Shown: positions 59,267 to 64,000 of the stretch, one piece after another | Position numbering within the stretch: position 1 is the first letter of the stretch | How the letters are laid out: each line of letters opens with the position of its first letter | Origin: Salpingoeca rosetta | Taxonomy: Eukaryota > Protista > Choanoflagellata | DNA: 64,000 nt | Assembly (NCBI GenBank): GCA_033442325.1 | Contig: JAWQFM010000010.1 | Location: 1,003,727 to 1,067,726, forward strand | Direction: 5' to 3' | Translations under genes and position numbers: made by a program | Notes under the pieces: model-generated | Told to the model about the DNA's origin: nothing | The model's database searches: none | Seen by the model: the letters and a program-made list of their open reading frames with translations, nothing else

Positions 59267-60475
59267 ATGTCGACGATGCGGAGAAAGGTGAACAGCGGCG
59301 ACTTTTATGCCGAGTACCACGGCCACCGGGCTGGCCATTTGAAGGCCGTGCTGGAGGGTCTGCCTGCGGATCGCAGGCGCGTGTTCCTGGTTGGGGATTC
59401 CAGCCTCGACAACAAGCACTGGCTGTTCCGTGGAGAAAACAAGCGACTCTTCTTTCGCAGCGCACAACAGGAGGAACCCTGCACCGCGCAGGCCGTGGGC
59501 GGCTACGAGAACGTGCTCCTGCCACCGCTCATGGCCCGCGACGTCGCGTTCTGGTGCGCGCACGAGGCGGAGGCCCGCGGCAAGCCGCTCTCCGTGCTCA
59601 ACTGCGCCGTGGAGGAGTCTGCGCTCGGCGACCGTGACAGAGGGCGCCACCTCCTGCCGCAGGACGAGTTTGTTCGCGACAACCTCCGAGAGAACGACAT
59701 CCTCATTGTCTCTGTTGGGGGCAACGACGTTGCGCTCAAGCCCACGTTCCGCACACTGCTGTCCATGGCGGGCCTGACCTTGCTCACACCGACACGCGTC
59801 GTGCGACGCTGGCGCACGGGCCTGGGCATCGGCCACATGATCGACCTCTTCAAGACACAGGTTGAGCGCTACATTGAGGCGCTCACAGCAAAGACGCGGC
59901 CTCGCGCCGTCATCGTGTGTAGCATCTATTTCCCCTGTGCTGTCACGCAGGGCTGGGCATCCACCATCCTCAACCTGGCCGGCTATCGCAAACACCCGGA
60001 GCACCTGCAGTCGCTCATCACGCTGATCCACGAGCGGGCAACCTCGCAGGTTCGCCTTTCCCCACACCCACAAGACGCTGCAGCCACACCAAAGAACCCA
60101 AAGGCGAACAAGGACAAGAAGAAAAAGGCACGAAAGGCAGCAACCCACCGCACACAGTCCGCGACAAACTACGCAGCTCTGGAGGATGATGATGGTGATG
60201 ATGATGGTGGCGGTGATCACGACGATGCCCATGACCATGAGCATAATGTTGAGTGCAGGCCTGGGTGTGGCAGCCAACATGCTGGCGAAGAAGCAGGCGA
60301 GGCGACCAGTGAGGACGATGTGGGTCCACAAGTCATCATCCCCGTGGCCCTGTCTGAGGTGCTTGATCCAAACGATGCTGGCGACTATGAGGAGCAGGTG
60401 GAGCCGAGCGTTGTTGGCGGACAGAAGATGGCCGTCCGCTTCCTCGATGCACTGGAGGATGCACATGTCATTTGA
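59267..60475 (+). CDS. Intronless SGNH/GDSL-like hydrolase-fold protein
   Basis: gccATG start MSTMRRK; block I VFLVGDSSLDNKHW, block II-like LNCAVEES, block III ILIVSVGGNDVAL, block V-like DYEEQVEPSVVGGQKMA; one charged low-complexity insert. The upstream part of the listed 570-aa ORF is CA-rich UTR. Confidence 0.8.
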   Translation: MSTMRRKVNSGDFYAEYHGHRAGHLKAVLEGLPADRRRVFLVGDSSLDNKHWLFRGENKRLFFRSAQQEEPCTAQAVGGYENVLLPPLMARDVAFWCAHEAEARGKPLSVLNCAVEESALGDRDRGRHLLPQDEFVRDNLRENDILIVSVGGNDVALKPTFRTLLSMAGLTLLTPTRVVRRWRTGLGIGHMIDLFKTQVERYIEALTAKTRPRAVIVCSIYFPCAVTQGWASTILNLAGYRKHPEHLQSLITLIHERATSQVRLSPHPQDAAATPKNPKANKDKKKKARKAATHRTQSATNYAALEDDDGDDDGGGDHDDAHDHEHNVECRPGCGSQHAGEEAGEATSEDDVGPQVIIPVALSEVLDPNDAGDYEEQVEPSVVGGQKMAVRFLDALEDAHVI

Positions 60476-60550
60476 CCTGCATCTGCGTTTGGGAGGCTCT
60501 TTGGATGTGTGTGTGTGTGTCTGTCTGTCTGTGTGTGTCTGTGTGTCTGT

Positions 60551-60584
<34 letters not shown>

Positions 60585-61100
60585 CTGTCCGTCTGTCTTT
60601 CCGTCCGTCTGTCTGTCTGTCTGTGTGCTCATGCCAATGCGCTCGTTCATGCACATGTCTCCGGCCTCCTCTTTTGGTTGTGATTGCGTGCCCCCATGCC
60701 ATCTGCGTTTGCGTGTTCTTTGCTCATGCCAGGCTTGCTACACCCGTTCGGCATGCCCCCTCCCTTCGCCTTCTCAACCACCCTTCTATCTTCCCATGCG
60801 ACACAGCGTCCCCCCCCCCCCTTCCTCGCCTCCTCGGCGTTTGCTGCTTGTTGCCTGTGTATTCATTCACCTTGAATGCATTGTTGTTTATTTTGAATGC
60901 ATGTGCAGTCTTGCACGGCTGTTCTGTTACCACTGGTGTGCCCAGCGCGACGAACACAATACACATTTCCAACAGATATCGTATCAAAGCCACACTCAAC
61001 GGAACACACCTCACACACCTCCCCCTTCCCCAACACTGCTTCCCTCCCTCCCGCCTCGCTTCACTGCCGACAGCAGCCTTCAACCGCCACCACTTGTGCA

Positions 61101-64000
<2,900 letters not shown>

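Overview
Eukaryotic, intron-rich, GC-rich genomic DNA saturated with (CA)n/(GT)n and other microsatellites. The gene set (FLII, Pins/LGN-like, ppGalNAcT, ATP6AP2, an SH2 protein, a fungal-type cysteine synthase) and the repeat style point to a unicellular holozoan, most likely a choanoflagellate such as Salpingoeca rosetta (inference). I reconstructed 14 protein-coding genes by joining exons by eye: CAND1, TCTEX1D2, GALNT, an unknown Cys-rich/Gln-rich protein, FLII, ALYREF, SEC12/PREB, an intronless disordered protein, ATP6AP2, cysteine synthase, ADAP (ArfGAP plus 2 PH), GPSM/Pins, an intronless SGNH-like hydrolase and a partial PTB-like/SH2 protein. There is one 100-N assembly gap. Most ORFs in the supplied track are microsatellite artefacts. 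Main observations: (1) a consistent intron polarity with G/U repeats next to the donor and complementary C/A repeats next to the acceptor, including a (GGU)n/(CCA)n pair; (2) a scrambled, incomplete 5' end of the Pins/LGN gene; (3) a 12-Cys module inserted in ATP6AP2; (4) an orphan zinc-finger-like, Gln-rich protein. No RNA genes, transposons or CRISPR arrays could be supported. All homology calls rest on motif recall, not database searches.
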